A stretch of DNA of 61,096 nucleotides, filler included, from Dugesia japonica (GCA_001938525.1; 6 parts of 6 records of this genome joined end to end with filler, not necessarily neighbours in it), one strand, 5' to 3'. Positions 23,224 through 37,069 are shown, counted from the whole stretch's first letter. Made by a program: numbers and translations. Notes: generated from the letters alone by a model not told the origin.

Positions 23224-26200
23224 TGTTTCTCGATCTTTAAGGGGATATATTTTGTAACTGTTAATTTCGCTACTATTGGTCCTAATATCATAGCTATTTG
23301 TTTCTCGGTTGGTAACGTATGTGCTTCTAATTTCTCCATTATTTATGATGACAATTAAGCCCCTTGTTCATCTTTTGTTGGTTTTCTCCTCGTTGTACCA
23401 CTTGCTGTTGCTTTTTTTGTCAACCTCTTGGCTTTTTGTTCATCCACATCTCTGCATCACACATCACTCGTTGATATATCTCATTATTGGTTGTATCATC
23501 TGTATTATCCGTTGTCGTTTTCCTTTCTTCAAACATTGTAGCTGGTGGTATTATTTTGTCTGCAATTCCATTCAGTTTAACTGATAGATCATCATCATCT
23601 TCCTGATCTAAGTCAACTTGGCTAGCATTAAATCTTCACAATCTATTTGGTTTCATTTGTATATTTGACTCTGACGTTGTCGCTGGTTCAATTTGTGTAA
23701 TTTCGATATTTTCATCATCAACATCATCTTCCCAATCTAAAATCTGATCGATAATCTCATCTTCTGTAGTATTTTCTGCTTTTGATTCCTTAATTGGCGA
23801 TTTTCTCAGTCGCCCTCTTGGTTTAGTAGCTGCTTTGCTCGTGCTACATAGCGTCATTGGTTGTACAAATTATTTTATCAATGTCTGACTTGATCTTGAT
23901 CCTGCTTGTGATTTACCTTTGATCTCCTTGGCTAGTAATTTTCTCCTAATTGGTCTTTCACCACCTACCGTTTTTTGTACATTTTATTTTCTACATTTTG
24001 TCGGATATCCAATGTTCCGAGGATATCGTTATTCAATAATTCCTGATTATTCAATAANAATACGTATGGTGGCTCAAATGGNATTTTAGATTTTATCTAA
24101 TCTAAGTCAAATTTGAAATTTTCGTTTAATGACCATCCGGTTCCACAATTTTGAAGCTAAATCTATGTGATGTCGGTTCCGCTTCTTCACACTTTTCATA
24201 TCTTGATATCAGCAGCATTAATTGTTTTCGCCCTCCATTTACATTCCTCTTTACATCTGGATATTTTGTAAGTTAATGCTCTCAATTCTTTAATTGAAAA
24301 ATCACTTTGTAATAATTGATCCGCTCCACGCTGGCTTTATTTAGGCTTTTCTCTTGAATATTTGATATAAATTGATCCACTAGATCCGTTCCACTACACT
24401 TTTTCAATTTACCAGTCATTACTGCTACCATATCTTGTGACCTACTTAATTCCTGATTTGATTTGTATTGTAGATGTGGCAACTGTGGATTAATATTATC
24501 GACATAATATCGTATTGTCTTTCTACACAAATTCTCTCTAATTAACTTTAACGTATACGGGTTTCTCTCGTTTTCTCCACTTGCAAAAATATCAACGTTC
24601 ATCATATGACCTGGCCATAGGCCTGATCTCTTTACTGGATACTCATCATGATCCTCCGTGATCTATCCTCCACAATAAACTACAATATTCTCTCGTTTAG
24701 TAATTGGTGTATTCTCTTTTCCTTTCGCTGTTTGTTTATTCAAATGCTTAATAATTTTCTTTATTAATTTACCTCAACTTGTCGTCGTTTTAACAACAAA
24801 CTCTTTGCTTGACTCGTCTAGAAAATATACTGTTACTTGCACATCTTGTTTCAATATGCTATCTGCATAGGTTATCGTTAACATATGTATGAGCGTATAC
24901 AACGCTTTTCCTCCAATCATACACAATTGGTTCAATCTGTTTATTACCCCTTGAATATTCACTCTGTCATTTGAGTGTAATTCTCGTAAATTGTTAACGC
25001 TATTTATGCTGTAGTTTGTTTCAAACATTTCCACGGTTCACGTTCGTTTTCNGATTCTNCTATTCGTTCNATTTCCTTGTCAGTTACGATTCTTAAATAT
25101 TCTATTTTATCTATTTTGTTTAAATACACGTTTCTTATTTTTGTTTTAATTCAACTAATTGATTTTTATTCAAACTTTTCGGTTTTCAGTCATCCAATTC
25201 CAACATTAATTCCGTAATTTCTCCTGGTCTCAATCGTAACTCAATTACATGTTAATCCCCTTTATTCAGCTTGTTTCTTTGTTAATCATATAATCACACA
25301 CAATTCGATATTTCTCAAACGTTTTCTTTAAAGGTAATTTACTCAATATCGCTTGCAATTGACCCACTCTGGTGGTTTTCAATTTCTTAATCGTTTTCAT
25401 TTGAATCGTCATGCAAAAATTATTGTCCATTGTATGGATTTTTACCCCAAAATGCGATCTAACGGTTGTTGCTANGATCATCTCCTGATAATCTTTAATT
25501 AATTCGGACCAATTCCTCCGATGTTCCCAAAATATATCATAATGATAGTGCGTATTCCAAGTCAGCATTCTCCAATAAGTTGGTTTCGGAATTAATTCTA
25601 TTCTCTCTTATGTTATACCCACAGATTTATTTATTGGAGCTAAATTAATTATAATAATCCTCATTACTGTCCTCGTTAACAGTAGCTGATGTTTCACTCG
25701 ACTCATTTACACTTCATTCGCCCGCATTACTTGATGGGTTTGCACTCATTTTAACTTTATTTATTATTTTATTCGAAAATGATCTCATCATACAGATTCT
25801 AGCTGGTCTTGGTTGTGTTCTCGATAACTGCTTCTCATTAGCCTCCATAGTAGTTTTAATTAAAACGCTCGATATGTCTGTTTTAGGTAATTCATTCGAA
25901 TTGTTTATCTGTGGTGCTCTCTTTTCCAACAACGGCACAAGATTTTTAATTTGACATTTATTAAACGAAATCATTATACTTTCAGTGGTTCTAAAGTAGA
26001 AATCAGGCCAAATTATTTCGTTATATAAACGCATTCTCAGACTTTCTAACAACGTAATTACCATAGTACTTCCAGGTTTCAGACCATTTTCATAAATATG
26101 TGCATTTAAATCATTTCTACTAACCACCGACACTGGTGTACAAATAATATATTCGCCTATGGGTTTTGGCCATTCAATTTCCTCCAAAGCATACATTTAA

Positions 26201-27130
26201 TTTTTTACTGTCGTTTCTTTCAGTTTTAACACTCGTGGCATATTCCATTTTGTTGCAGCTGGTACTTTCTTCAAGACCTGATCCATCGTAATGTATGCTG
26301 TTCAATCTTCATCTGGTCTCTTAGCTTCCAATGCTTTAATTTTATAATCATCCTCTGTCGTATTCTTTAACAACGCCTTCTAATATTCTAGAATTAATGG
26401 TCTGTTGCTGTATCAATATGTCCTGGCTCTGCTAATTCAACCAAATGATTCATTAATTTCCAATAAGCTTTTCATTCATTTTAATTCGTCTTTCAACAAC
26501 TTAGTATCTCTTATCACTGTTTTGATATAGTCAAACACCTTTGCTTTGTTTTTAATTGGTGCTTTCAATCTTGCTGGATCACTTTTAAATATCATATTAA
26601 TTTAAGCTATGCTGGATTTCTTTTTTATTGCTCCTCTCGTTTGTTTGGTCATTGGCTGCCTGACTTCCTTAACAATGTCTCCCATAGATTCTTGTTGCAA
26701 TTTTCTTACTCCTCTAGTTGTCGTTATTGACTCTATTTGTACTAGCACCATATATTTGTGATATTTCATTTCAAAAGAATTTATTACTTGTTCACTCGTT
26801 CTGAATTCAGAATAATGCTACAATGGTTGTTTAATGCGATGCATTTCTACGAGATCTATTAACTTTACTGTTGTTTTACCTGACCAGACTCAATTTTCCG
26901 ATATATGTGCTTTACCATCATCTTGTTCTATTACTCTGATTCGAGAACACAAAACGTAATCTCTGATAAGCTTTGGCGTTGGTTGTAATAATCCACCCAC
27001 AGTAGTATCTTGTAGCTCAATTTTTCTGGGTATTTCATGATATTTCGATTCAGTTGAATCTTCATCTATGGCTGATTCGTAAGCATTAATCCTATAATCG
27101 TTGTGTTTCTCAATTTGTCATTTTCATCCA

Positions 27131-28200
27131 TCATTTTCCCAATGGCCTGGTTATTTCTCGATTTATTATTGTAGTTTGCATTAGAATTTCCATATCCCGA
27201 TCTTTGATTGTTCTGGAAACAATTTCGACTCGTATGGCCTGGTTTATTGCATGTTTAACACACTTGCTGATTTTGTGATGAAATATTTTTCCATTTTTTT
27301 GTCCTGGCTTCTGACAATTTGTACAAACCATTATTGATCTGCAGTCTCTGGCATAATGTCAAATTTAACCGCAACAATAACATGTGATTCCCTGTGATTG
27401 CAGCTACGCTTNTTGTCTATTTCCTCCGTTGGATCTCGAATTATTATTTGATTTTCGTGGTAGGGGTGTATTCTGACTCGGTAACAGTCCTGTTAATATT
27501 GGTTGAGTTCTGGCTGGTTTGAAATCTGCTATTTTTGGTTCACTTTGTTACTTCGCTTTCTGTTTCTCAATTTGGAAAACATTAGATTGTTTTTTATTCA
27601 TGCTTATTTTATGAGCCATCATGGCTACATTTATTATCATTTCTACTGTTTTGGGCTGAGACAGATTTACCCATTTTTTCACTTCTGAATTTCTAAGTCC
27701 TTTAATAAAAATACCGAACACTGTTGGATCACCTAATTTATCTTTCATTGCCAATTGACCAAATTTACGTTATTTCCAAGTATTAACAGTTTCTTTACTG
27801 CTACTAATTTTATCTCAATAAATAGTTTTAGCTGAATCCTTTAAGTATAGAGGTAATCAATCTGGTGCTCTCTTGTCACTCCATTGACAAGCTTGTATAT
27901 GTATCCCATATGCTGCAATAAAATCATTCAAATTCTCAGGTTATCCATTAAAATAGTCCCCATCGAAGTCCGTTTTCCACTCCAAAATCCGTTTCGATTT
28001 ATGTCCACTTGTACTCCTTTCATCATCTGACAATTTAGNATTCTCCCCGGTTTTCTTTTCGTTACCGGCGGTTGACATGGTATCGGTATCACTTGATTCT
28101 GAACTTGATTCCAAGTAATGACGAATTCTACTTGATAATCTTGACGTAGGTATACTATCACTAACTAATTTAGATTTGTATTGACTTTCCAGATCAATGT
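27131..28200 (-). pseudogene. gag: Ty3/Gypsy-type gag (capsid + zinc knuckles)
   Basis: YFNG*PENLNDFIAAY...CQWSDKRA...LPLYLKDSAKTIY; FIKGLRNSEVKKWV...PKTVE; ITCYCCG..HYARDC; VCTNCQKPG. Confidence 0.8.
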
Positions 28201-29049
28201 CTTCTAAAACATTGGCTCTTGAGTGGTTTGGTTCGGTTATGGTATCAAATTCTCTTTGTACGCCGTCGTTAGACGGGAACGAACTGGGTGATTTGGATAC
28301 TAAAATTGATAAAAATTTGTCAAATTGACGAGACAGTCTGTTGTACGAGACCGATTGCTTTACTTTGACTGGATTGTGTCGTTTAATTACAAATGATCTT
28401 CTATGTTTAGTACTCTCTCTAAATTTATATCGGGATCCTTGATTATCTATTATTGTTTATTTGGTTNGTTTGTAGTTAGATTGGTTTGTTTTGATCTATT
28501 CAGTTGTTGAAAAATTGATTGTTTCTGTTTCTGAAATTAAATAATATGGCCCTACGGCTTCTGCACACATTCAAATATTATTATCGCATTCATTAATAGA
28601 CTACTTTTATCTACTTTTATTTACCACAGATACTTCTAATTACCAGTTAATACACTACAATATATTACCATACTTTATTTCTATTACTTCAGCAGCGCAT
28701 TTGCGTTATTTAATTTTATTACTCAATCGTTTATTATACATATGCAACAATTTTATCTGATTTTGTCATCAGGTATTTTCCAAAAAATTTCAATAATACT
28801 TTCAATATTCACTGTTTTGAAAAGGCTGAACTCAAAAATTNATTCCAATTATNAATCATNCAATTTAATAGATTAAAATACTCCTGTACACCAATTCCTC
28901 GTAATCATTAACCCTCAGCTAGTATAGATTCCCCGGGTGTGCTTTTGACACATTACTTTAACAAACTCTATTAATTCTTTCGTATTTCATTACATGTGAT
29001 TCCTCTGTTGAGTTCATCACACTTCATTCACTAATAAATTCATTCATTC

Positions 29050-29705
29050 CTCATGGAACATTCCCACCTGTTCCTGGCAAACTTTCATCGATGAAAGTTC
29101 TTTAATTTACTAAAAGCCTCAAATAACTCATTACGTAATTGATTAAATCAATACATTGGGTTTCTACCCGACATTTTGAATTGGAACAATCTGCCTGATC
29201 CTGGAAATTTGTTGTTAGGACAAATTTTACAATTAATCAATACTCAATTTATTTCATTTCATTTCTCATAATACAACAATTGCGCCTGTTCCTGGTAATT
29301 TATCTTCCAAATAAACTTACTTTACTAATTGACGATCAATTCATTTCAACTTCACATCTCAAGTTGGTACACTCTCACCTGCCCTGGTAGTTTATCTTCT
29401 GGGTAAACTTTTAATATCAATTGACAATCACTTTATTTCATTTTCCTCTTACATTGAAACAATGTCGCCTGTTCCTGACAGTTTATACCCCGAATAAAGT
29501 TTTCATAACTAATCAATGATTAAATTATCTCCACTTTGCATTGTCCATTTGAAGGACGATTCAATCAATGCACACATCTTTCCCCTTCTCTTTAGATATT
29601 TCAATTACTAAATTTTGGCTATACTTCTTCCTTCATTACTTCACATTAGTACTCTTCAATTATTCACAATGGAACTCTGGCGCCGGTTCTTGGCAAACTT
29701 TCTTG
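29050..29705. repeat. Six dispersed degenerate repeats (core RCCTGTTCCTGG) in the element leader
   Basis: Copies near 29054, 29182, 29274, 29367, 29456 and 29670. Confidence 0.7.
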
Positions 29706-30324
29706 TGAAATTTTGTAAGTTCAAAGCTTTCCTCCAATATAAATTATCAATAAAATTGTCCTCAAATAATTCAATTTAACTCTACCCTCGGATAGTTTTA
29801 TTATTTCTTTTCAATGAACTATACACTCGGATAGTATTATTATTACTTTCAATTTTAACTATACGCTCGGATAGTTATATCATTTTCGACAAGATCTTCC
29901 TTAGTTCTCTTTTCGGTGGCCAACCGACAAAGTATCCGGAACGAATCACTGGTAATTAACTCACTACTCCAATATTTGCTTCAATATATTTCATTTCATT
30001 CCGTTATCATCTTNNNNNNNNNNNNNNNNNNNNTCGAATAAATTTCAGACTTTTCTCACAACAGTTTATTTGCTTTGAACACTCTCTATATGCAGCCGGT
30101 AGTCTATTTTTTAAGCTTCAGCCAGGCGACAATTTCGATCCTCAATTTAACTACTTTAATACTTCAATATATCAATGCTTGAGTCAGTTGACAGTCTATT
30201 TCTACTCAGCTCCAACCGCTCGCTAATGTGAAGGTTCTCAGTCAGAATCCCATGATCTAGCTGATATGTAGCTACGACGCTACCCGCGATCGCATTACTA
30301 AAATAAATTTCCAAATATAAACAA

Positions 30325-30338
30325 CACTACTGATGCCA
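30325..30338 (-). promoter_or_regulatory. Putative tRNA-Leu-like primer-binding site
   Basis: Minus strand ...CCCACA-TG-TGGCATCAGTAGTG resembles the Leu PBS TGGTGTCAGAAGTG, 2 nt after a CA LTR end. Confidence 0.5.
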
Positions 30339-30340
30339 CA

Positions 30341-31284
30341 TGTGGGCTAACTATTGTACTATCTTGTCAACACTGAGTCCTCTGATCGCAAGATATCAAG
30401 GACTATTTTCGGCCTCACCCTCAATTCCCAAAACTCTGTAGAGCTACGGGTAGTTAGCTGTAGGAGTGAGTGTCACGGCAGTTTTCATATTTTCGTCTAA
30501 TCTGCATCTAAGTCTACGGTGGTAATTTCTCCGACCGTTTCATCTGCAGTCGTTCGGTAATTTAACCATAGTGTCCTTAAAGATACAAACAAGGATCCTT
30601 CTCGGTTGGTGTATGTCTTTATAACATCCGCCATGAGCCTGTTTGCGTGCCGAAGGGACAGCTATTTTTCTTTAATCTGATTGTACTTCGCTGCAGACTT
30701 CATCACCTGTCCTTATTTCTTTTTGTTCCTCCTTCCACCTTTGCTGCGCGGCGATTACATCTTTTCAGCATTTTTTCATCATTGGATTGGTTCACTAGAA
30801 CTTTAGATATTACTTAATTGTAATAAGTTTTATTAAGATATATAAATAATATTAATTGGGGAATAAAAAATGTAATTTAAAGTGATTTGCAAAGGCATAA
30901 AATTGTTTGAAGGCTAAAGTACCTACAATCGCTCTCCAAATACACTTTTACACAAAATAAAAATAATGACTAAGTAAACTCGTTTAATTCCACGATTGCC
31001 TCTGCAACCCACACTAAAATGACTAGTCCAAAATTGTGACATACTTATCACCTAGCATATTTGCAACTAAAGGACTAAGATCTCAATTAACACAAGTTTT
31101 ATTAATCACACAGATGTTCGCTTTGATCTTACTCAACTGGCCTCTTTACATCCATGCCCAACGTCTCTCGTATTATTATTAATTCGATTTCTTCGGCCTG
31201 CGGCCTAACTGTTCTTGTTCCCCGCTCCTAAGATGCGAACCAAAGAAGATGACGATTCAGAACTACCATTTTTTCTCGTCCCCA
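30341..31284 (-). repeat. Putative 5' LTR of the giant element
   Basis: Ends CA next to the PBS; contains minus-strand AATAAA (~30828, ~31098); non-coding. No second copy in the window, so the start is a guess. Confidence 0.4.
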
Positions 31285-31495
31285 TGTTTGCAGAGCTCTC
31301 GACGGATATTCAAAAATCGAAGGATTTAACGAAAAAAAATTAAAATTATAATTCCTTTAGAAATCATTAAACATTTGTTTAATTTATGAATTAATTATTA
31401 TTCAAGTCATTCTACAATTATTTATTAATTCAAATATTGAAAACTAAATGAAAGGAAAATTGAGTGCATAATCACAAATACTGTATTCAAACTCT

Positions 31496-31595
31496 NNNNN
31501 NNNNNNNNNNNNNNNNNNNNNNNNNNNNNNNNNNNNNNNTTAATTAATTAANNNNNNNNNNNNNNNNNNNNNNNNNNNNNNNNNNNNNNNNNNNN
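31496..31595. other. Artificial contig spacer
   Basis: 44 N + TTAATTAATTAA + 44 N. Confidence 0.97.
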
Positions 31596-31690
31596 TAGAT
31601 GTCCAAGAGAAATAAGATTAGATTGTGGAAAAGCGTTTGAATCCAGAGTTATGAGAGAGTTTGCACATAGGTAGGTAGATAGTAGCGCAC
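31596..31690 (+). pseudogene. Gypsy integrase fragment
   Basis: PREIRLDCGKAFESRVMREFAH, similar to ~11780-11850. Confidence 0.65.
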
Positions 31691-33329
31691 TAAATCACCC
31701 CCTAGGCAAAGAACTTTTATAACAAAGAGCATGAGTCATAAGTATGACTCATCGATGACTAGAACAAAGTCGATGAGTCATAAAAATTAATAATTNNNNN
31801 NNNNNNNNNNNNNNNNNNNNNNNNNNNNNNNNNNNNNNNNNNNNNNNNNNNNNNNNNNNNNNNNNNNNNNNNNNNNNNNNNNNNNNNNNNNNNNNNNNNN
31901 NNNNNNNNNNNNNNNNNNNNNNNNNNNNNNNNNNNNNNNNNNNNNNNNNNNNNNNNNNNNNNNNNNNNNNNNNNNNNNNNNNNNNNNNNNNNNNNNNNNN
32001 NNNNNNNNNNNNNNNNNNNNNNNNNNNNNNNNNNNNNNNNNNNNNNNNNNNCTTTTACCTGTTAAAAAAATATTATCAATTAATTCTTTTAAATTATTTA
32101 ATATAATTGGATCAAAATGTTTAGTTTGTAATTTTTGTTTTTTTAATTTTAAAATATAATCATCAATTATTTTCATTAATTTTATATGAATATTTTTTTA
32201 TTTTATTATATAAATCTACTATTTTTTAAATTTATCTTCTTCTTCAAATCTTATATTATTATCTGTCACAAAAATTCTTAAAATTTGTGAAATATTATCA
32301 TATAAATTACTAATTTAATCTTCAATAAGTTTTGGAATTTTATTTTTTAATGTTTTTAAATGTTTATTTATATTTTGCAAATCTTTATTTTCATTAATTT
32401 AAAAGTAGTAATTTGCTGCTGTGTATCCGCATTTGAAGATATAACCTTTGAAGTTAATAAATCTTGTTTTTTAATTTGTTGTTGCATTTCTAGATATTGT
32501 TCTTTAACAAACGTCTTTAAAAATTTTTACTTTGTTTTCTAAATAATTAAAACATGTCTTATTACAGCAGAAATAATTCTAACTAATTTTTCCCATTTTG
32601 CAATTGGATTCCTTGGGGTGGATTCGACTGCTTTATGTAAACCATATCTTCCAATATCAAATTGAGAAAAATCATTTTCAGAAGTACTTGGAGTTGGAAC
32701 TGGTTCTTTTTGCACAAGATTTCTTACAGATTAATTTTTCCTCGCAGAGCCACGCTCGAGATTTTTTTTTATCTTTTCTTTCATCTTTAATTTTTTTTAA
32801 AGTATCATCAAATTTTAAATCATAATTTTCACAAGCTTTAAAATAATCTGTTTTTTGAATTATCTTTAAATAATTAATCTGCATAAATTACTCTTTCATC
32901 AAAATAATCAGAACGATGTCATAAAATTAAATTCATTAATTCATGATTATAAGTCAATGTTTTTGTATTATTATTTTTATTATCAATTATATGAAAATAA
33001 TTATTTCCATCTTTATTGGTTAATGGAATTAATATTTTATCTTTAATTTTTATTTCAGTATGTTTTTCCATTACTTGATATTAAATCATCAAATTTAGGA
33101 ATCAAATTACAAAGATCTTTTTTATCTTAAACATTTCTATCAACTATTGATGGTTCATATTTATTTAAAAATTCTTCTTTTTTATTTTTAGGAGTATATT
33201 TTTACCCTGATTTAATAAATTTAAATTTTCAATTGCTTTAGTAATTTTTTTCTTTTCTTGAAATTAAAAATTCTAAATATGACATTTTATAAATAAATTT
33301 ATTAATCAATTATTATCAGAATTTTCAGA

Positions 33330-34017
33330 ATAATGATATGGTTTTAAAAATAGTCCTGTTCCAGAAGCATCTTCTAATCTTTTTTTTAATACCTTTTAAA
33401 ACATTTTACTTATAACTAATGCATCTATTATATTATTCTTTTTCTTTTCTCTAAATTTCATTTTTTAAATATTTATGTATTTAATTTACTTGATATGAAT
33501 TTAAAAAAATTCCTGTTTCATTATATGGATTCATATATAAACCTGTTCCAGTAGTTGCCCCTGGTACATCATTTTTATTAGTTATTGGTGTTGTTGTATT
33601 ATTTTGTATTCTTTTTTTAACTTCATCTTCATCGGCTTTTGTTTTAACATCAATTTCCTTTTCTTTAATTTGTAAATCCATCGCAGCACTCTGTAAGGCA
33701 GATAATTCACTAACATTTTTACTAACATTTTTAATTTAACATTTTTGTTCTCTTGATTTAATTACTGCAGTTGCAACTCCACCAGCAACTGTAGCTGCAG
33801 AAGGTGCTGTTCCTAAAATTCATGGAATTGCTGCCATTAATAATGGAAGAATTCCACCTTCTTTTTTCCAATTTATATTTGCATTTAAATNNNNNNNNNN
33901 NNNNNNNNNNNNNNNNNNNNNNNNNNNNNNNNNNNNNNNNNNNNNNNNNNNNNNNNNNNNNNNNNNNNNNNNNNNNNNNNNNNNNNNNNNTTGTTCTGTT
34001 ATAGATGCTTGAGACAT
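33330..34017 (-). pseudogene. pX-like core protein
   Basis: KKEGGILPLLMAAIP*ILG...AGGVATAV; GTGLYMNPY, TGIFLNSY, GTGLFLKPY. Confidence 0.75.
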
Positions 34018-35229
34018 TTCTTATAATAATTATTTTACTCGCAGAGCTTGCTCAAGAATGATAGACTAGTATTTTTAAACCTGTAATGTTTATTATGATC
34101 AATATCAAAATCTTTTTGATCTAATAATAAATGTGGAAATTTATATGAAATTCTTGACCCTGGATATTTTTCACCTAGTATTTTTAATCTTTTTAAATTA
34201 TTTGAAACTTCTGACCATGATAAATAACCATTTAGAATAAAAGGTTTATAAAAAGCTATTTCATAAAATAATATTAATTTATTTATATAATTTGGGGAAT
34301 AATTAATATTAATTTCATTTAAATGATCATAAAAATCTGCTTTTATTAAAGATTTTCTTTTCATTACTTCTAAGATACATCCTTATTGAAAATAATAATA
34401 TAATGCACTTCTTACTATTATATTTATTTGATTATTACATCTATCTAATGCATCATCACATTCTTCTATTGATGATCCAGTATGAATATCATTTAATAGT
34501 ATAAAAATAATTTTTTGTTTATTTCTTTTTTATCAATTGAAGATAAAACTTTTTTTTCAAATGATGACATTTTAACATTTTTGTTTTTCTGCCTCCATTG
34601 ATTTAATTATTTATTTATCTAGATCCCGATCTCTAGTAATTTCAGAATTCTGATTATCTTGAATAGAGGGGGAAGTTGCGGAGGAAATTTGTGATATAGA
34701 ATCTGGAGTTTCAACGGATTCACAATCTTGATTATCACACATTTCTTTATTAATATTATATGCAATTTCATCTATATCGAGATTAATAGCACCCAAAGTG
34801 TTTGCGAAGGAATTTTCAGATTTCTCGCAGAGCTATGCTTGAGAATTTAAAGTTGAATCTACAAAATCTGAAGTTCTTTTATCAGATTTTTCTGTAAGTA
34901 TTTTTTTAATTGTCCTTGGAATTGCATTATTTGATAAAAATATTTGAAATTTATTAAAATTAGTATTCGATAAATTATTTTTAAAGAATCATATACTAAA
35001 ATATTACTTTTTTTATTTTTTGAAAATTTTAAAAATAAATCTCGAACATAGTCTTGTGAGGCTTTAAAAGGATTGGTAGAAAACATTTTATTAAGAAATT
35101 TTTTAGTTGATTCTTAAAATCATGAGTTGTGATTTTTATTAATTTTTTCAGAGTCAAAATCTGTCACAATGTCTCCAGGACCATGAGTTACACCCCTAGA
35201 GTCGTTGCAATATATTTCATCAATTTTCA

Positions 35230-35945
35230 AAAACATTCATCGAAGAGATCTTCCATTAAAATATCAGCTTCTCTATCTAAATATAAATAATTATATTTTG
35301 TTTCCCAATGTAATGTTACTTGATAATCATATTCAATTTTATTGTAAAAAATATTACGAAATAAATCATGATATACATTATGTTTCTGTTTTATTAAATT
35401 TAAAAAATATAAAACAATTACTATTATTACTAATTGAATTTTTATCTTAATGAAAATATGTTTGTGATATATAAATTACATTACAATAATTATGTCTACC
35501 TCTTGTAAAATATGAATTTTGTACTTCTTGATTTTTTTCATTAACAACATAATCAAAAATAATTAAATTCTTTTTTGAAGAGGTATTTGATAATTGATTA
35601 CAAGGAATAATATCATTAGGTTTATTACTTAATGTTATAAATATACTTTGTTAATTTTTATCTATAAATTTCTTTTCTAAAAACAATTTAACAACTTGTT
35701 GTGGTGTATCTATTAATTCTGGAATTATATTTTGTTTTTCAATACTTGAAATTACATCTTCTTTTGATAAACCATTTTCAAGTCCTTCTCTCATTAATTG
35801 TAATTCAAATTGATTTATTGTTGTTGATTAAATTATTAAATTATTATAATCTTTAAATTCTGGTGTTAATAACATTTTTAATAATAATACATTTTTTCCA
35901 CATCCTGATGATCCAATAATTAATAATCTAAAATTTGATGGAAAT
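35230..35945 (-). pseudogene. Packaging ATPase
   Basis: FRLLIIGSSGCGK (Walker A), NLIIFDYVVNEKNQ, FTRGRHNYCNVIYISQ; contains stops. Confidence 0.9.
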
Positions 35946-36002
35946 ATTTATTATTAAATAAAAAAATTAAGATTTCGTTTTGTCTAATATATTTATTTAA
36001 TT

Positions 36003-36419
36003 TTAAATTCCTTCGCAAACGCCTTCCAAAGCTATCGCGAGGCTCCAGGGGTTTGAGCAATTTTTTGAATGCATGTTCATTAATTTATTTGAATCCATCT
36101 TCATTAATTTATCTGAATTCATGATCATTAATTTATCCGAATCGATTTTCATTAATTTATCTGAAGCTATGTTCATTAATTTATTTGAACTCATTTTCAT
36201 TAATTCTAAACCAAATAAACCAACATTAATTAATCTAATACCAGTACTAATATTTTTAAGAATTTTTTCTTGATCTTCTTTTGTCATGTATTCAGATGTA
36301 TCAGTAATTACGCATTTCTAAAATTTTTNNNNNNNNNNNNNNNNAACTTCTTTATTATCAGAAACTTCTTTTTTATAAGAGACTTCTTTATTATTATTTT
36401 CACTTTGTGAATTTCCCAT
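36003..36419 (-). pseudogene. Small ORF with MGNSQS start and 8-aa tandem repeats
   Basis: ATG at 36419 is in frame with ORF 36003-36287 (one stop and an N gap between). 24-bp repeats encode MxxxS(D/N)KL. Confidence 0.45.
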
Positions 36420-36428
36420 TCTTATATT

Positions 36429-37069
36429 TTATAAAGCAGTTTTTGAAGTTCATTATCATAAAATCTACGTAAAATCTTTCCATTATCTATATCTGTAATT
36501 CCAAATGTTATTGGTTTTGTCTTGTATACTTTTGTTATTATAAATATTTCATTTGTCCATTTAGCTGTAAATCCTTTTTCAAATTTATAATTATATTTGA
36601 ATATTCTAACTCGATCTCCAATTTTAAATTTTTGTTTAAAATTAAAGTATTATGTTCATTTATTATTTCTTTTTTTTTCAGGATTTTCTGAAGCTTCTTT
36701 TGGAGTTACATTAATAAAACTATGAATTGTATTATTATATTCATTAACAACTTTTTGTAATAAATTATTTCATTTTTGATTTCCAACTGATGTAAAATAT
36801 TTCCACATTTTATTTTTAAATGTTTTATTAAATCTTTCTATAACAGCTGCTTTACCTTTATTTTCAGTGGAATATAAATTACTATTATTTTCATTACAAA
36901 AATATTTAAATATTTTATTATAAAATTCACTTCCTTTAGCAACCCATAAATTATTTGGAATTCCATTATTTTCTTCAATTATATTTTCAAATGCATTTGT
37001 TATTGCTTGACCTGTTTTTGAACAAGATATTTCAATAAATGCATATGTAGAATATAAATCAATAACTGT
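36429..37069 (-). pseudogene. Polinton retroviral-like (rve) integrase, interrupted at its 5' end
   Basis: TVIDLYS...LWVAKGSEFYN...KAAVIERFNKTFK...YNNTIHS...KFKIGDRVRI...FEKGFTAKWTNEIF. Confidence 0.9.

Larger units (their letters stand above)
22321..31284 (-). mobile_element. 5' half of a giant env-bearing LTR retroelement (LTR/PBS - leader - gag - long unknown region - Bcl-2-like - chuvirus-like glycoprotein), decayed
   Basis: PBS-like site, Gypsy-type gag, and a Bcl-2/env cassette homologous to 43387-44300. The outer LTR boundary is uncertain. Confidence 0.75.
32052..37069 (-). mobile_element. Polinton/Maverick copy 2, heavily decayed
   Basis: Integrase, ATPase, pX-like and small conserved ORF, in the same relative order as copy 1 where shared. 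Confidence 0.88.

Noticed and set aside
29050-29705. Repeat-spacer pattern resembling a CRISPR array
   Set aside because: Repeats are degenerate, spacing is irregular, there are no cas genes, and the context is a eukaryotic retroelement.
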